Origin: Geopsychrobacteraceae bacterium
GTDB taxonomy: Bacteria; Desulfobacterota; Desulfuromonadia; Desulfuromonadales; Geopsychrobacteraceae
Assembly: GCA_035267105.1 (NCBI GenBank)
Contig: DATFMC010000034.1
Span: forward strand, 4,369 to 68,368
DNA: 64,000 bases
Direction of reading: 5' to 3'
This document shows positions 46,074 through 56,736 of the stretch, piece by piece. Under the pieces are notes generated by a model. The model had not been told where the DNA came from and did not search any database. It was given only the letters and a program-made list of their open reading frames with translations. Numbering within the stretch: position 1 is the first letter of the stretch; every line of letters begins with the position of its first letter. The translations under genes and the position numbers were made by a program.

Positions 46074-46778
46074 ATGAACATCAACCTGCAACCTGTCGGC
46101 ATTCTCCATTCTCCCTACCGGGAAAAATTCATCGTTCCTCGTCAGCCGGGGCTGGTTCCTTCGGTTTGTGCTGAACTGAAACTATCTCCGCCTTTCAACC
46201 GCCCGGAAGCGGTCCGTGAACTGGAACAGTTCAGTCACCTCTGGTTGATTTTCCTGTTTCATCAGACCATGAACCAGAAATGGCAACCGACCGTCCGACC
46301 GCCACGGTTGGGCGGCAACAAACGAGTCGGCGTATTCGCCAGTCGTTCGCCGTTCCGGCCGAATCCGATCGGACTTTCTGCCGTTGAGCTGAGCGGAATC
46401 CGTCAGACGGATGATGGACCAGTGCTGGAATTAAAGGGAATCGACCTCATCGACGGCACACCAATTCTGGACATCAAACCGTACATCCCTTACACCGACT
46501 CCATCAACAAAGCATGTGGAGGGTTTGCAGACCAGTTGCCCGCACCGAACATGCGAGTCACCTTTACCGAGCAAGCCCTGCGACAACTGGACAACTACCG
46601 TGGACAGCACCCTCAACTTCAGTCGCTTATCATTGATCTCCTGGCGACCGATCCACGCCCTGCCTATCGTAAAGACCAGCAGGACGACAAGGAATATGGG
46701 ACGCTGTTGTACGACTACAATCTCCGCTGGAGAATCGCCGATGGCATAACCCTGGTGACCGCAATCGACCCTGCTTGA
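46074..46778 (+). CDS. trmO: tRNA (t6A37-N6)-methyltransferase TrmO (YaeB/TsaA family)
   Basis: VGILHSPYREKFIVPRQPG...FSHLWLIFLFH...RPNPIGLS...LDGTPILDIKPY. Confidence 0.88.
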   Translation: MNINLQPVGILHSPYREKFIVPRQPGLVPSVCAELKLSPPFNRPEAVRELEQFSHLWLIFLFHQTMNQKWQPTVRPPRLGGNKRVGVFASRSPFRPNPIGLSAVELSGIRQTDDGPVLELKGIDLIDGTPILDIKPYIPYTDSINKACGGFADQLPAPNMRVTFTEQALRQLDNYRGQHPQLQSLIIDLLATDPRPAYRKDQQDDKEYGTLLYDYNLRWRIADGITLVTAIDPA

Positions 46779-46785
46779 AACAAGG

Positions 46786-49443
46786 CTAGTTCGCCATCAA
46801 CTGTCGCAATACATAATTCAGAATTCCACCCGCCTTATAATAATCACCCTCTTGCACCGTGTCGATGCGAGAAATAACTTTAATTGCCAGCGTTTCCCCG
46901 TCAATTCTCTGGATGATCAGCTGCAGTTCCAACTTCGGCTCCAGCGCACCGACATAGTCGAGGCTGATTGTTTCACTGCCATCAAGCTTCAATGTTTCCG
47001 TTGTTGTCCCGGGCTGGAACTGCAGCGGCAGCACCCCCATTCCGATCAGGTTGGAACGATGAATTCGCTCATAACCTTCAGTCAGGACCGCCTTGACTCC
47101 AAGCAACAGACTCCCCTTGGCTGCCCAGTCCCGGCTGGATCCGGTTCCGTACTCTCGTCCTGCAACCACAAACAAAGGGGTTTCAGACTCAGCGTAGAGC
47201 TGCGCTGCCTCAAAGATACTCATCTCTTTTCCGGATGGGACATGGCGGGTGAAACCTCCCTCCAATTCAGGGACCATCCGGTTTCGCAAACGAATATTGG
47301 CGAAGGTTCCACGCATCATCACTTCGTGATTTCCGCGCCGCGACCCGTAAGAATTGAAATTTTCTTCAGAAATCCCCCGCTCAATCAGATATTGTCCGGC
47401 CGGAGAATCCGCCTTAAAGGACCCGGCAGGGGAAATATGATCGGTCGTGATGCTGTCTCCCAGCAGAGCCAAAATCCGTGCATCGTTAAAGCCCTTGAAT
47501 TCATCGCTTTGCTGAGGGCCGGAAAAGAAACTCGGCAGACGGATGTAGGTAGATTCATCATCCCAGGCATAGGTCAGGCCGGAGGGAACCGACAAAGAAG
47601 CCCAGAGATCGTCACCCTTGAAAACTTCTGCGTACTCTTTGCGGAACATCTGGGCCGTGACCAGCGCGACCTTTTCGGCAACCTCCTCATTGCTCGGCCA
47701 GATATCTTTAAGATAGACCGGCTTGCCATCGCAATCCTCTCCCAGAGGATCGCTGGTCAAATCTATTCGCGTGGTTCCAGCCAAAGCATAGGCGACGACC
47801 AGCGGCGGCGACGCCAACCAGTTGGCTTTGACCTGTTGATGGATGCGCCCTTCAAAGTTGCGATTTCCTGAGAGAACTGAAGAGACGGTAAGATCATGCT
47901 CACGGATGGCATCTGCGATGGGACCATTCAAGGGGCCGGAGTTTCCAATACACGTGGTACAACCGTAGCCAACAACCTGAAAACCGAGTGCGTCCAACGA
48001 GCTTTGCAGGTTTGCGGCCGCGAGATAGTCGGTGACAACCTTTGAGCCCGGAGCCAGAGAAGTTTTAACCCAGGGTCGGCTTCTCAGCCCTCGCGCCACT
48101 GCTTTTTCCGCCAACAGCCCGGCGGCCATCATGACCGCAGGGTTGGAGGTATTGGTACATGATGTGACAGCCGCGATCACCACATCCCCCTGCTTTAAAT
48201 CATGGTCGCTCCCAGCGACTGGCGCGCTCTTATCCTCTTCCCCTTGGGGCAAGCATTCCTCCAATGCGTCACGCAGGTTACACATTTCAACCCGATCCTG
48301 GGGTCGTTTCGGTCCGGCCAGGCTGGGAACAATACTGGCAAGATCAAGCTTTACGACTGAACTGAATTGCGGATCGACATCCTGTTGCTCTCGCCACAGG
48401 CCCTGTTCTTTGCAGTATTCTTCCACCAGTTCGAGGGTCTCGGCACTTCGACCGGTTAAAGTCAGATAGTCCAGGGTGACCCGATCAACGGGGAAGAAAC
48501 CGCAGGTTGCTCCATATTCAGGAGACATATTGGCAATGGTCGCCCGATCAGCCAGTGGGAGTTGATCCAGTCCTGGGCCGAAAAACTCGACAAACTTTCC
48601 AACCACGCCGTGCTGGCGCAACATTTCGGTGACAGTCAGAACCAGGTCGGTAGCAGTGATTCCTTCCGACAGCTTGCCGGACAATTTAAAACCGACTACG
48701 TCAGGAACCAGCATCGAGATCGGTTGACCAAGCATTGCCGCTTCCGCCTCGATCCCTCCAACTCCCCAGCCAAGCACGCCGAGACCATTAATCATAGTTG
48801 TATGACTGTCTGTACCGACCAACGTGTCGGGATAGGCCCAGTTTTCACCGTTCAGTTCTTCACTCCAGACCGTGCGAGCCAAATATTCCAGATTAACCTG
48901 ATGGCAGATTCCGGTGCCTGGTGGTACGACGCGAAAATTATCAAACGCTTCCTGCCCCCAGCGCAAAAAAGTATATCGCTCGCGATTCCGTTCCATTTCG
49001 GCAGCGACGTTGGCGGTGTAGGCTCCCTCACTGGCATAATGATCGACCATCACCGAATGATCGATAATCAGATCGACGGGAATCTGGGGATTGATCTTTG
49101 CCGGGTTTCCTCCTTGCTGCTGTACAGCATCGCGCATGGCGGCCAGATCAACAACCGCCGGAACACCGGTGAAATCCTGCATCAAAACCCGTGCCGGGCT
49201 AAAATTGATCTCTGACCCGGAACTCTGTTTCGGACTCCAATTCGCAACTGACTCTATCGATTTTCTGGTAATTCTCTCCCCGTCTTCCTTACGCAAAAGG
49301 TTTTCCAGGAGAATCTTGATGGTTTTTGGTAGACCAGACAAGTCTCCAAGCCCGTTATCAGAAGCCGTTTTCAGGCTGCAATATCGATATGTGCCACTTT
49401 TCAGTTTCAGTGTTTTTCTGCTGGAAAAAGAATCCTTGTTCAT
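46786..49443 (-). CDS. acnA: Aconitate hydratase AcnA
   Basis: 885 aa. VGTDSHTTM, CTNTSNP and CTTCIGNSG Fe-S ligand motifs. Confidence 0.95.
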   Translation of the reverse strand: MNKDSFSSRKTLKLKSGTYRYCSLKTASDNGLGDLSGLPKTIKILLENLLRKEDGERITRKSIESVANWSPKQSSGSEINFSPARVLMQDFTGVPAVVDLAAMRDAVQQQGGNPAKINPQIPVDLIIDHSVMVDHYASEGAYTANVAAEMERNRERYTFLRWGQEAFDNFRVVPPGTGICHQVNLEYLARTVWSEELNGENWAYPDTLVGTDSHTTMINGLGVLGWGVGGIEAEAAMLGQPISMLVPDVVGFKLSGKLSEGITATDLVLTVTEMLRQHGVVGKFVEFFGPGLDQLPLADRATIANMSPEYGATCGFFPVDRVTLDYLTLTGRSAETLELVEEYCKEQGLWREQQDVDPQFSSVVKLDLASIVPSLAGPKRPQDRVEMCNLRDALEECLPQGEEDKSAPVAGSDHDLKQGDVVIAAVTSCTNTSNPAVMMAAGLLAEKAVARGLRSRPWVKTSLAPGSKVVTDYLAAANLQSSLDALGFQVVGYGCTTCIGNSGPLNGPIADAIREHDLTVSSVLSGNRNFEGRIHQQVKANWLASPPLVVAYALAGTTRIDLTSDPLGEDCDGKPVYLKDIWPSNEEVAEKVALVTAQMFRKEYAEVFKGDDLWASLSVPSGLTYAWDDESTYIRLPSFFSGPQQSDEFKGFNDARILALLGDSITTDHISPAGSFKADSPAGQYLIERGISEENFNSYGSRRGNHEVMMRGTFANIRLRNRMVPELEGGFTRHVPSGKEMSIFEAAQLYAESETPLFVVAGREYGTGSSRDWAAKGSLLLGVKAVLTEGYERIHRSNLIGMGVLPLQFQPGTTTETLKLDGSETISLDYVGALEPKLELQLIIQRIDGETLAIKVISRIDTVQEGDYYKAGGILNYVLRQLMAN

Positions 49444-49628
49444 TGACTGGCCCTTTCCGCTGATTGAAGGATAGTATTATATTTAATCTCTTGATTATAC
49501 CAATGCTGTCATAGCATTGCAGGGCTGATAAACCATCTTTAAGCAGAAAAAGGCCCCGAAACTATTCCAGAGGCCCCTAATACTGCTTTCAGGATTTGAA
49601 CCGAAGCAAAACTAGCCGAGCAACAATG

Positions 49629-50270
49629 TTATCGACTTCGATCAACACCGATACGAGGGCAGATATCAAGTATCGGGCACTGACTACAAAGAGGGGTGGG
49701 TGCCTTGCAATACTGCCGACCATGTGCAATCAAGGTATGGCCAGCCTGAGTCCAACGCTCCCTCGACAGTATTGTTGACAGATCCTGCTCAATTCGTACC
49801 GGGTCTTTGCTTTTGGTCCAACCGAACCGGCGCGCCAACCTTTTGACATGCGTATCGACCACCATTCCAGGGACTTGAAAGGCATTACCCAATACCACGT
49901 TGGCCGTCTTTCGACCGACACCAGGCAGTGCGACCAATTCTTCCAGCGTGTTAGGAACCTGCCCTGAATGTTGAGCTAGAACTGTTGCGGCGCAGGCAAT
50001 CAAATTCTTGGCCTTATTTCTAAAAAAACCGGTGGATCGAATCAGCTCCTCAACCTGCTCCTGAGGACAGGCCGCCAGCTGTTCCGGTTCAGGCAACTTT
50101 TCAAAAAGATTTTTGGTGACGATATTGACTCGTTTGTCGGTACATTGCGCGGAGAGGATAGTCGCAACCAGAAGCTGCCACGGATTATTATACACAAGCG
50201 CGCATTCCGCTTCCGGATGCTCTCTTTCAAGAACCTGCAGAATCTTCTGGGCCTGCTCCGATAAACTCAT
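49629..50270 (-). CDS. nth: Endonuclease III
   Basis: HhH-GPD LPGVGRKTANVV, catalytic VDTHV, C-terminal CxxxxxxCxxCxxxxxC cluster. Confidence 0.93.
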   Translation of the reverse strand: MSLSEQAQKILQVLEREHPEAECALVYNNPWQLLVATILSAQCTDKRVNIVTKNLFEKLPEPEQLAACPQEQVEELIRSTGFFRNKAKNLIACAATVLAQHSGQVPNTLEELVALPGVGRKTANVVLGNAFQVPGMVVDTHVKRLARRFGWTKSKDPVRIEQDLSTILSRERWTQAGHTLIAHGRQYCKAPTPLCSQCPILDICPRIGVDRSR

Positions 50271-50335
50271 CTATCCTCTTTAATTAGAAACAAAGCTTTA
50301 CAGGTTTCGAAGATATTTGACTGGCGGCTGGAAAT

Positions 50336-51070
50336 TTAACCAATTGCCGGCTTCATCTCTCGTCGGGGAACTTTTTCCAGGTTCAGGTATTTACGGTTTT
50401 CGACCTGCTCAATCGTCAGCACCAGCGGCAAATGAGACGATGCATGACGAGCATTCGGTGTCGCGACAACGGTTCCAGCCAGAGCCCGGATTCCGCCCCG
50501 GAAGTAGAATCGATCCCGTCCCCAGAGAGGAAAACTGGATGGAAAATTCGCACGCCACAGTGGTTGAGGCGCACGCGTCAGGCAACTGGCCAAGCGAATC
50601 TGACCGGCTCCCCAGAGTGGCAGAGTAAAATCTCCGGCAACAAGTGCAGCACAAGGAAGGGATGGGTTGCCCAGCAGCTCTTCACCGAGCAGGGAGTTGA
50701 TCTGTTGTTTACGATGCAGCGGATTGAGTCCAAGGCTGACATTGAACAGGTGCAGTCGTTGTCTGGCATGATCCAGATCGGCCCGCAAACAGCAGCCGTC
50801 CGAACCAAGTGAATAGTCCTGCAAACCTCGTAACGGGTAGCGGGAGAGGAAGCAACAGGCTCCTTCTTGTCCCAACCCGAAAGGCTTCATATTGAGCTGA
50901 TTGGCCAACCGATAAATCTGGCTTGGATCATTTCGGCTGCCAACCTGCTGTAGAAAAACCAGATCAGGTGCTTGCGAGGCAATGACTTTTGCGCACAGGT
51001 CGGCTGTCGGCTCCCCATTATTGCCGCTGCAGCAATTCACCTGATAACTCATGACCCGCAATGCAGACAT
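50336..51070 (-). CDS. Endonuclease/exonuclease/phosphatase (EEP) family protein
   Basis: 244 aa. N-terminal LRVMSYQVN...PDLVFLQQV and C-terminal SSHLPLV are typical of the EEP fold. Confidence 0.65.
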   Translation of the reverse strand: MSALRVMSYQVNCCSGNNGEPTADLCAKVIASQAPDLVFLQQVGSRNDPSQIYRLANQLNMKPFGLGQEGACCFLSRYPLRGLQDYSLGSDGCCLRADLDHARQRLHLFNVSLGLNPLHRKQQINSLLGEELLGNPSLPCAALVAGDFTLPLWGAGQIRLASCLTRAPQPLWRANFPSSFPLWGRDRFYFRGGIRALAGTVVATPNARHASSHLPLVLTIEQVENRKYLNLEKVPRREMKPAIG

Positions 51071-51123
51071 CGATCCTCTGTTCTTAACCGATCAAGCCTA
51101 ATCGCTTCTTAACTTCTGTATAA

Positions 51124-51696
51124 CTACTTTTTCTTCTCTTCGACCCGCCGGACCGTCTTTACGACAATCTCTGGTTGGGGCAGGTTTTGTTGCGAACCTT
51201 TTCTGATCGTTTTGACTTTCCCGATTTTCTCCACGACCTCGAGCCCATCGACAACCTTGCCGAATACCGCATAACCGTAAGCTCTTGGGGTTTTCCCCTT
51301 ATGGTTAAGAAAGTCATTATCTTTCAAATTGATGAAAAACTGACTGGTTGCGCTATCCACAACGTTGGTTCTTGCCATGGCAAGTGTTCCCTTATCATTT
51401 TTCAATCCATTATCCGCTTCATTGATTATGGCAGGCTTGACCGATTTTCTGTTCAGCTTCTGGTCAAAACCACCGCCCTGAATCATGAAGTTATCAATCA
51501 CCCGATGGAATACGGTACCGTCATAAAACTCGCTATCGACATAGTCAAGAAAGTTCTTAACCGAGACCGGAGCCTTGTCGCTGTACAACTCCAGAGTAAT
51601 ATTACCCATACTGGTTTCCATGATGACACGTTCAGCGGCCACTGCAGGGAGAGAAATTGTCAACAATATCAGGGAGATTGCCAATATCCGTTTCAT
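51124..51696 (-). CDS. ppiA: Periplasmic peptidyl-prolyl cis-trans isomerase (cyclophilin type)
   Basis: Signal peptide. FHRVIDNFMIQGGGF...GTLAMAR...SQFFINL. Confidence 0.9.
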   Translation of the reverse strand: MKRILAISLILLTISLPAVAAERVIMETSMGNITLELYSDKAPVSVKNFLDYVDSEFYDGTVFHRVIDNFMIQGGGFDQKLNRKSVKPAIINEADNGLKNDKGTLAMARTNVVDSATSQFFINLKDNDFLNHKGKTPRAYGYAVFGKVVDGLEVVEKIGKVKTIRKGSQQNLPQPEIVVKTVRRVEEKKK

Positions 51697-51722
51697 TTGG
51701 TTTTCCTTTCCAATCGATTTTA

Positions 51723-52748
51723 TTAGAGCGATTCGGCCTTAAGGTCACGTAGCATCAGGTCGCTGACCGCTTGTTTCGGATCTTTGTCCTGATAGAGAAT
51801 CTGATACATCTGCTCGATAATCGGAGCCTCGACCCCGAGCCTCTCGGTCAGTTGATAAGCGGAGAGGGTGGTCTTGACCCCCTCGGCCACCATCTGCATT
51901 CCCTCCAGAATCTCATTAAGTTTGCGTCCCTTGCCCAACTCAATCCCAACAGTACGATTCCGCGACAGATCACCGGTACAGGTCAAGACCAGATCGCCCA
52001 TCCCGGCCAACCCGGCAAAGGTCTTTGCCGAACCACCGAGCGTCACCCCGATGCGAGTCATCTCTGCCAGCCCCCTGGTTATCAAGGCGGCCCGGGTATT
52101 ATGACCAAAACCAAGCCCGTCTGAAACACCAGCTGCCAACGCAATGACATTTTTTATTGCGCCACCCAACTCAACACCGATGATATCATTGTGCGTATAA
52201 ACCCGGAATTTATCTGTGTTGAAAATTTCCTGAATCGTTGACGCAACCTGTTCGTCACGCGCTGCAGCAACCACTGCAGTCGGCATATGAGAAGAAACCT
52301 CTTTTGCAAAAGAGGGGCCGGAAAGAAATCCGATCCGTTTGTTTGTTTTTGCAGGAAGAATCTCTTCCAAAACCTGGGACATCAACATCAGGCTGTTATT
52401 TTCGATTCCTTTGGAGGCCGAAACAACCAGAGCCCGCTCATCGAGGTAAGGAACAAACTGCTCGGCGACTTGTCGCATAACCTGTGAGGGAGGAACCAGC
52501 AGGAGCAACTTTTTCCCTCTGACGGCCTCTTTCAGGCTGGAGGTAAAGGCCAGGTTTCCTGAAAGCTTGAAATCGGCAAGAAAGAGATCGTTGACCCGGG
52601 TCTTCTGCATCCGTTCAACCAGTTCCGCCTCATAGGCCCAGAGGGTGACAGGGTAACCCTTTTCTGCCAAATGATTTGCCAGCGTCGTTCCCCAGCTGCC
52701 AGCTCCGATAACAGTAATTTCTGTCACAATTTCTTCTGTTTTCATCAA
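51723..52748 (-). CDS. gpsA: NAD(P)H-dependent glycerol-3-phosphate dehydrogenase
   Basis: ITVIGAGSWGTTLA Rossmann motif and GLAGMGDLVLTCT. Confidence 0.93.
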   Translation of the reverse strand: MMKTEEIVTEITVIGAGSWGTTLANHLAEKGYPVTLWAYEAELVERMQKTRVNDLFLADFKLSGNLAFTSSLKEAVRGKKLLLLVPPSQVMRQVAEQFVPYLDERALVVSASKGIENNSLMLMSQVLEEILPAKTNKRIGFLSGPSFAKEVSSHMPTAVVAAARDEQVASTIQEIFNTDKFRVYTHNDIIGVELGGAIKNVIALAAGVSDGLGFGHNTRAALITRGLAEMTRIGVTLGGSAKTFAGLAGMGDLVLTCTGDLSRNRTVGIELGKGRKLNEILEGMQMVAEGVKTTLSAYQLTERLGVEAPIIEQMYQILYQDKDPKQAVSDLMLRDLKAESL

Positions 52749-53629
52749 AGGACTTTCTTCTTTTTTGCAATTCGCTGTTCGAGTCGGCTGATTTTCCCCT
52801 GCAGCAACTCCTGCTGCGGGTAGTCCTTCAATGCGCGATAGGCCTTTAGCGCATCCTTCAATTTCTCTTCCGTCTCTAACATCTCTGCCAGGCTGAAACC
52901 TGCTTCCAGCGCATAAGAACTTTTCGGAAAGCTTTCGATCAGTCGGTTAAATCCATCTCGGGCCTCACCCCGCATGTCATCAAGCAACAATGCATTAGCG
53001 TACCGATAAAGGACTTCAGCCCGCAGGGAACTTTCCGGGAATCGCTCAAGAAGGGCATCGAGTTCGATACGGGCCTGTGAAAAATTATTTAAGCGAAAGT
53101 AACAGTCGGCGATCTCGTAAAGAATCCGATCTCCGTCATCCGTTTCCTGATCAAGCAATCTCTGGTAAATAACGATTGCCTGCGCAAAGTCACGCAAGCG
53201 ATACTTGGTCAGTTCTGCGGCTTCTCTTTGCGCCCTGAAAACAAAGTCACTTTCCGGGTAGTCATGCTCCAGCTTTAGAAACAAGTATAAGGCCTGCTGG
53301 TCCTGACGCAGGTCCAAACGCTTGAGGCGGGCAGCTCGAAACAGAGCCTCTGGTGCCTTCGGTGCTCCGGGATAGCTGCTAAACAAACGCTCATAACTGG
53401 TCAGGGCCCGTTCCGGTCGATCCTTGCTTTCCAGGGTCAATCCCTTGGTGAACAATCGCTCGGGAGCGGTCTGTTGATAATTTCGATAACCGAAAACCAG
53501 CGCGACAGTCAGCAGAAATCCGAGTACGGCAAGCAAAAGCAGACGAGTCGCACGACGTCTATTCTTCTGCGCCCCCGGTCCCTTCTTCCTCAGCTCCTTC
53601 TTCAGCTTGCGCAGGCTCATCAGCCTCAT
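52745..53629 (-). CDS. TPR-repeat membrane-anchored protein (start uncertain)
   Basis: N-terminal TM helix [17 protein letters not shown], then several TPR-like repeats. The annotated start would overlap the gyrA 3' end by 71 nt. An internal TTG/CTG start near 53535 is possible. Confidence 0.65.
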   Translation of the reverse strand: MRLMSLRKLKKELRKKGPGAQKNRRRATRLLLLAVLGFLLTVALVFGYRNYQQTAPERLFTKGLTLESKDRPERALTSYERLFSSYPGAPKAPEALFRAARLKRLDLRQDQQALYLFLKLEHDYPESDFVFRAQREAAELTKYRLRDFAQAIVIYQRLLDQETDDGDRILYEIADCYFRLNNFSQARIELDALLERFPESSLRAEVLYRYANALLLDDMRGEARDGFNRLIESFPKSSYALEAGFSLAEMLETEEKLKDALKAYRALKDYPQQELLQGKISRLEQRIAKKKKVL

Positions 53630-56054
53630 CCTTTTCTGCCAGTTTGGCGACCGAAACGATCCGCTCGCCGCTCTCCAGAACCATTAACCGGACCCCTTGG
53701 GTATTACGGCCAATCGCCCTGAAATTTGTGGCCTTGGTTCTGAGAATCTTACCCTGGTCGGTCACAAACATCAGGTCAGTCTCTTCATCGACCAGATGCA
53801 CATCAACCACCTGACCATTACGCTCGGAGGTCTTGATGGTAATTATTCCCTTCCCGCCACGGCTTTGAACCCGATACTCCAGCAGGTCGGTACGCTTGCC
53901 GAAGCCATTCTCCGTAACCGTCACCAAGGCTGCCGAGGTCGCATCGTTTACGACCTCCATGCCGATCAGGCAGTCGCCATCCTCCAGCATCATCCCCCGG
54001 ACTCCGCGTGCGGTACGGCCCATTGGCCTGGCATTGGTTTCCGGGAAACGAATCGACTTACCGGTACGGCTGGCCAACAGGATATCCATGCTACCATCAG
54101 TCAAACGTGCAGCGATCAGACTATCATCATCATCAATGGTCAAAGCAATGATTCCACCCTGCCGTGGATGGGAGTATGCCATCAGATCGGTCTTCTTGAC
54201 TGTTCCTTTTCGAGTGGCGGTGATAATAAATTTACCGTCTACAAACTCTTTAACCGGTAAAATGGTCATCACATTCTCGCCCGGCGCCAGCTGCAGCAGG
54301 TTGACAATCGCCTTGCCACGTGCGGCCCGGCCCCCTTGAGGGATTTCGTGAACCTTCAGCCAGTAGACCTTGCCGTGATCAGTGAACACCAGAATGTAGG
54401 AGTGGGTCGATGCGATAAACAGATTATAGACAAAATCCTCGTCTTTGGTCTTCATTCCGGTCTTCCCTTTACCTCCCCGTCGCTGAGCCCTGTAGAGAGA
54501 GACCGCGTTCCTCTTGATATAGCCACTATGACTGACCGTGACAACCATGTCCTCTTCAACAATCATATCTTCAAGGGTCAGGTCTGCGGTCCGGTCGATA
54601 ATTTCAGTACGACGCGGATTGGCAAACTTCTCTCTGACCTCAAGCAGTTCCTGCCTGATAATTTTAAGGATTTCCACCTCGCTGGCCAAAATTTCCTTAA
54701 GCCGCTTAATGAAAGCCATGATCTGCTCAAGCTCGGTGATAATTTTATCACGCTCAAGCCCGGTCAGACGATGCAGGCGCATATCCAGGATCGCCTGTGC
54801 CTGCAGGTCACTGAAGGAGAAGCGCTCCATTAAACGATCTTTGGCTTCCGCCGGACTGGCTGACGTTTTGATCAGCTGGATAACTTCATCGAGATTGTCG
54901 AGCGCCAGCTTCAAACCTTGCAGGATATGGGCGCGGGCTTCTGCCTTTTTAAGCTCGAAAATACAGCGGCGGGTCACTATTTCACGACGGTGGTCGATAA
55001 AACAGTCGAGGGTTTCGCGCAGGGTCAGAATTTTGGGTTGCCCGGAGACGATAGCCAGCATGATAATCCCAAAAGATGACTGCATCGCGGTCATCTTGTA
55101 GAGTTGATTGAGAATAACTCCGGGAACCATATCTCTTTTTAATTCGATAACAATCCGCATACCATCGCGGTCCGATTCATCCCGCAGGTCGCTGATCCCC
55201 TCAATTTTTTTATCTTTAACCAGTTCAGCGATCTTTTCGATCAATCTGGCCTTGTTGACCTGATAAGGGATCTCGGTAACGATGATCGCTTCGCGTCCGC
55301 TGCGCCGATCTTTCTCAACCAGTGCCCGGGCCCGCATCTGTACGATACCACGCCCCTTGCTGTAGGCCTCCCGGATCCCTTCTTTGCCGTTGATAAATCC
55401 GGCAGTGGGGAAATCGGGGCCCGGAATTTTTTCGATTAACTCTTCCAGACCTATCCGGGGGTCATCGATCAGGGCGATCAGACCATCGATAACCTCTCCC
55501 AGGTTGTGCGGCGGTATTTTTGTCGCCATACCGACCGCGATCCCCTCGGAACCATTGACCAGCAGGTTAGGATACTTGCAGGGCAGGACCAGGGGTTCCT
55601 GCAAAGAATCGTCGTAGTTGGGCCCATAGTCGACGGTCTCTTTATCGATATCGGCCAACAGCTCATGAGACAGCTTATCCATACGGATTTCTGTATAACG
55701 CATGGCGGCGGCTGAATCACCATCGACCGAACCGAAGTTACCTTGTCCATCGACCAGGGGGTGACGCATGGAAAAATCCTGGGCCATCCGGACAATAGAA
55801 TCATAGACAGCGCTATCGCCATGTGGATGATACTTACCGATGACGTCACCGACCACACGTGCTGATTTTTTATATGGCTTGTTGAAATCATTACCGAGAT
55901 CATGCATTGCAAATAAAATTCTACGGTGAACCGGTTTGAGCCCATCGCGCACATCGGGCAAAGCCCGACCAACGATGACACTCATGGCATAATCCATATA
56001 GGATTTGCGCATTTCGTCTTCTATATTGACTGTAATTTTATTCTGTTCCTGCAT
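53559..56054 (-). CDS. gyrA: DNA gyrase subunit A
   Basis: DGLKPVHRR, the AAMRYTE active-site Tyr region, C-terminal beta-pinwheel repeats and an acidic tail. Confidence 0.97.
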   Translation of the reverse strand: MQEQNKITVNIEDEMRKSYMDYAMSVIVGRALPDVRDGLKPVHRRILFAMHDLGNDFNKPYKKSARVVGDVIGKYHPHGDSAVYDSIVRMAQDFSMRHPLVDGQGNFGSVDGDSAAAMRYTEIRMDKLSHELLADIDKETVDYGPNYDDSLQEPLVLPCKYPNLLVNGSEGIAVGMATKIPPHNLGEVIDGLIALIDDPRIGLEELIEKIPGPDFPTAGFINGKEGIREAYSKGRGIVQMRARALVEKDRRSGREAIIVTEIPYQVNKARLIEKIAELVKDKKIEGISDLRDESDRDGMRIVIELKRDMVPGVILNQLYKMTAMQSSFGIIMLAIVSGQPKILTLRETLDCFIDHRREIVTRRCIFELKKAEARAHILQGLKLALDNLDEVIQLIKTSASPAEAKDRLMERFSFSDLQAQAILDMRLHRLTGLERDKIITELEQIMAFIKRLKEILASEVEILKIIRQELLEVREKFANPRRTEIIDRTADLTLEDMIVEEDMVVTVSHSGYIKRNAVSLYRAQRRGGKGKTGMKTKDEDFVYNLFIASTHSYILVFTDHGKVYWLKVHEIPQGGRAARGKAIVNLLQLAPGENVMTILPVKEFVDGKFIITATRKGTVKKTDLMAYSHPRQGGIIALTIDDDDSLIAARLTDGSMDILLASRTGKSIRFPETNARPMGRTARGVRGMMLEDGDCLIGMEVVNDATSAALVTVTENGFGKRTDLLEYRVQSRGGKGIITIKTSERNGQVVDVHLVDEETDLMFVTDQGKILRTKATNFRAIGRNTQGVRLMVLESGERIVSVAKLAEKDEADEPAQAEEGAEEEGTGGAEE

Positions 56055-56421
56055 CTAGTTCCTCCAGAGAACAAAGGCAAAGCCTGAAAGAAACTACTTT
56101 CTTCTTCCTTTGTTCTTTTTGTTGATGAATCCAATTCCTTAAAACCGGACCTACCGAAAATCAAAGAATTATAAAAAACCGGTCCCCTTTAGATTGGACA
56201 AGGGGCGCCTGTAATGCGAGATACTCCAATTTGAGGTCTCATAAAATCCATAAGCCCTGTTGGGGTAAATTTACCTCGTCAAACCCCACAACCGATGGAG
56301 AAAAAACACGGATATTACAAGACAAACTAAACATCCTTATATAGCATATTCAGGTAATCAGGGAAACGATTTTCCATGAAGTTTCTCTGCCAACACAATT
56401 GGCAATAAAGGCTTTATTAAG

Positions 56422-56483
56422 CAAACGAATACCCGAAACGGTCAATTCATAATATTGAGGTGACCGTTTCGGGTATTCGTTTG
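56422..56483. repeat. 23-bp perfect inverted repeat with a 16-nt spacer in the fad-gyrA intergenic region
   Basis: CAAACGAATACCCGAAACGGTCA-attcataatattgagg-TGACCGTTTCGGGTATTCGTTTG. Confidence 0.8.
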
Positions 56484-56736
56484 ACGGATCAAATCGACGG
56501 GTCGGACTTTTACCAAAAGTCATAACATTGAACAATGACCAATACGCGTCAGCATTGCCGATCGTCAGATAAGACAAAACAGCGCATAAAACAAAGGCTT
56601 TAAAAGGCTTGGCCCGGCATGGTAAAGCGAGTTCCTATACGCTTACTTGCTTTTACCAGAAACCCCAAATCTTTGCTCCCTGAAAACAAATTCAACATGT
56701 TGCTGCTATGAAATGACAGTCATCGAGTCGTTGCTT

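Noticed and set aside
56350-56577. 75-aa minus-strand ORF in the fad-gyrA spacer.
   Set aside because: It is read straight through the 23-bp inverted repeat, which creates the quasi-symmetric peptide. It lies in an AT-rich region and has no RBS, so it is probably non-coding.
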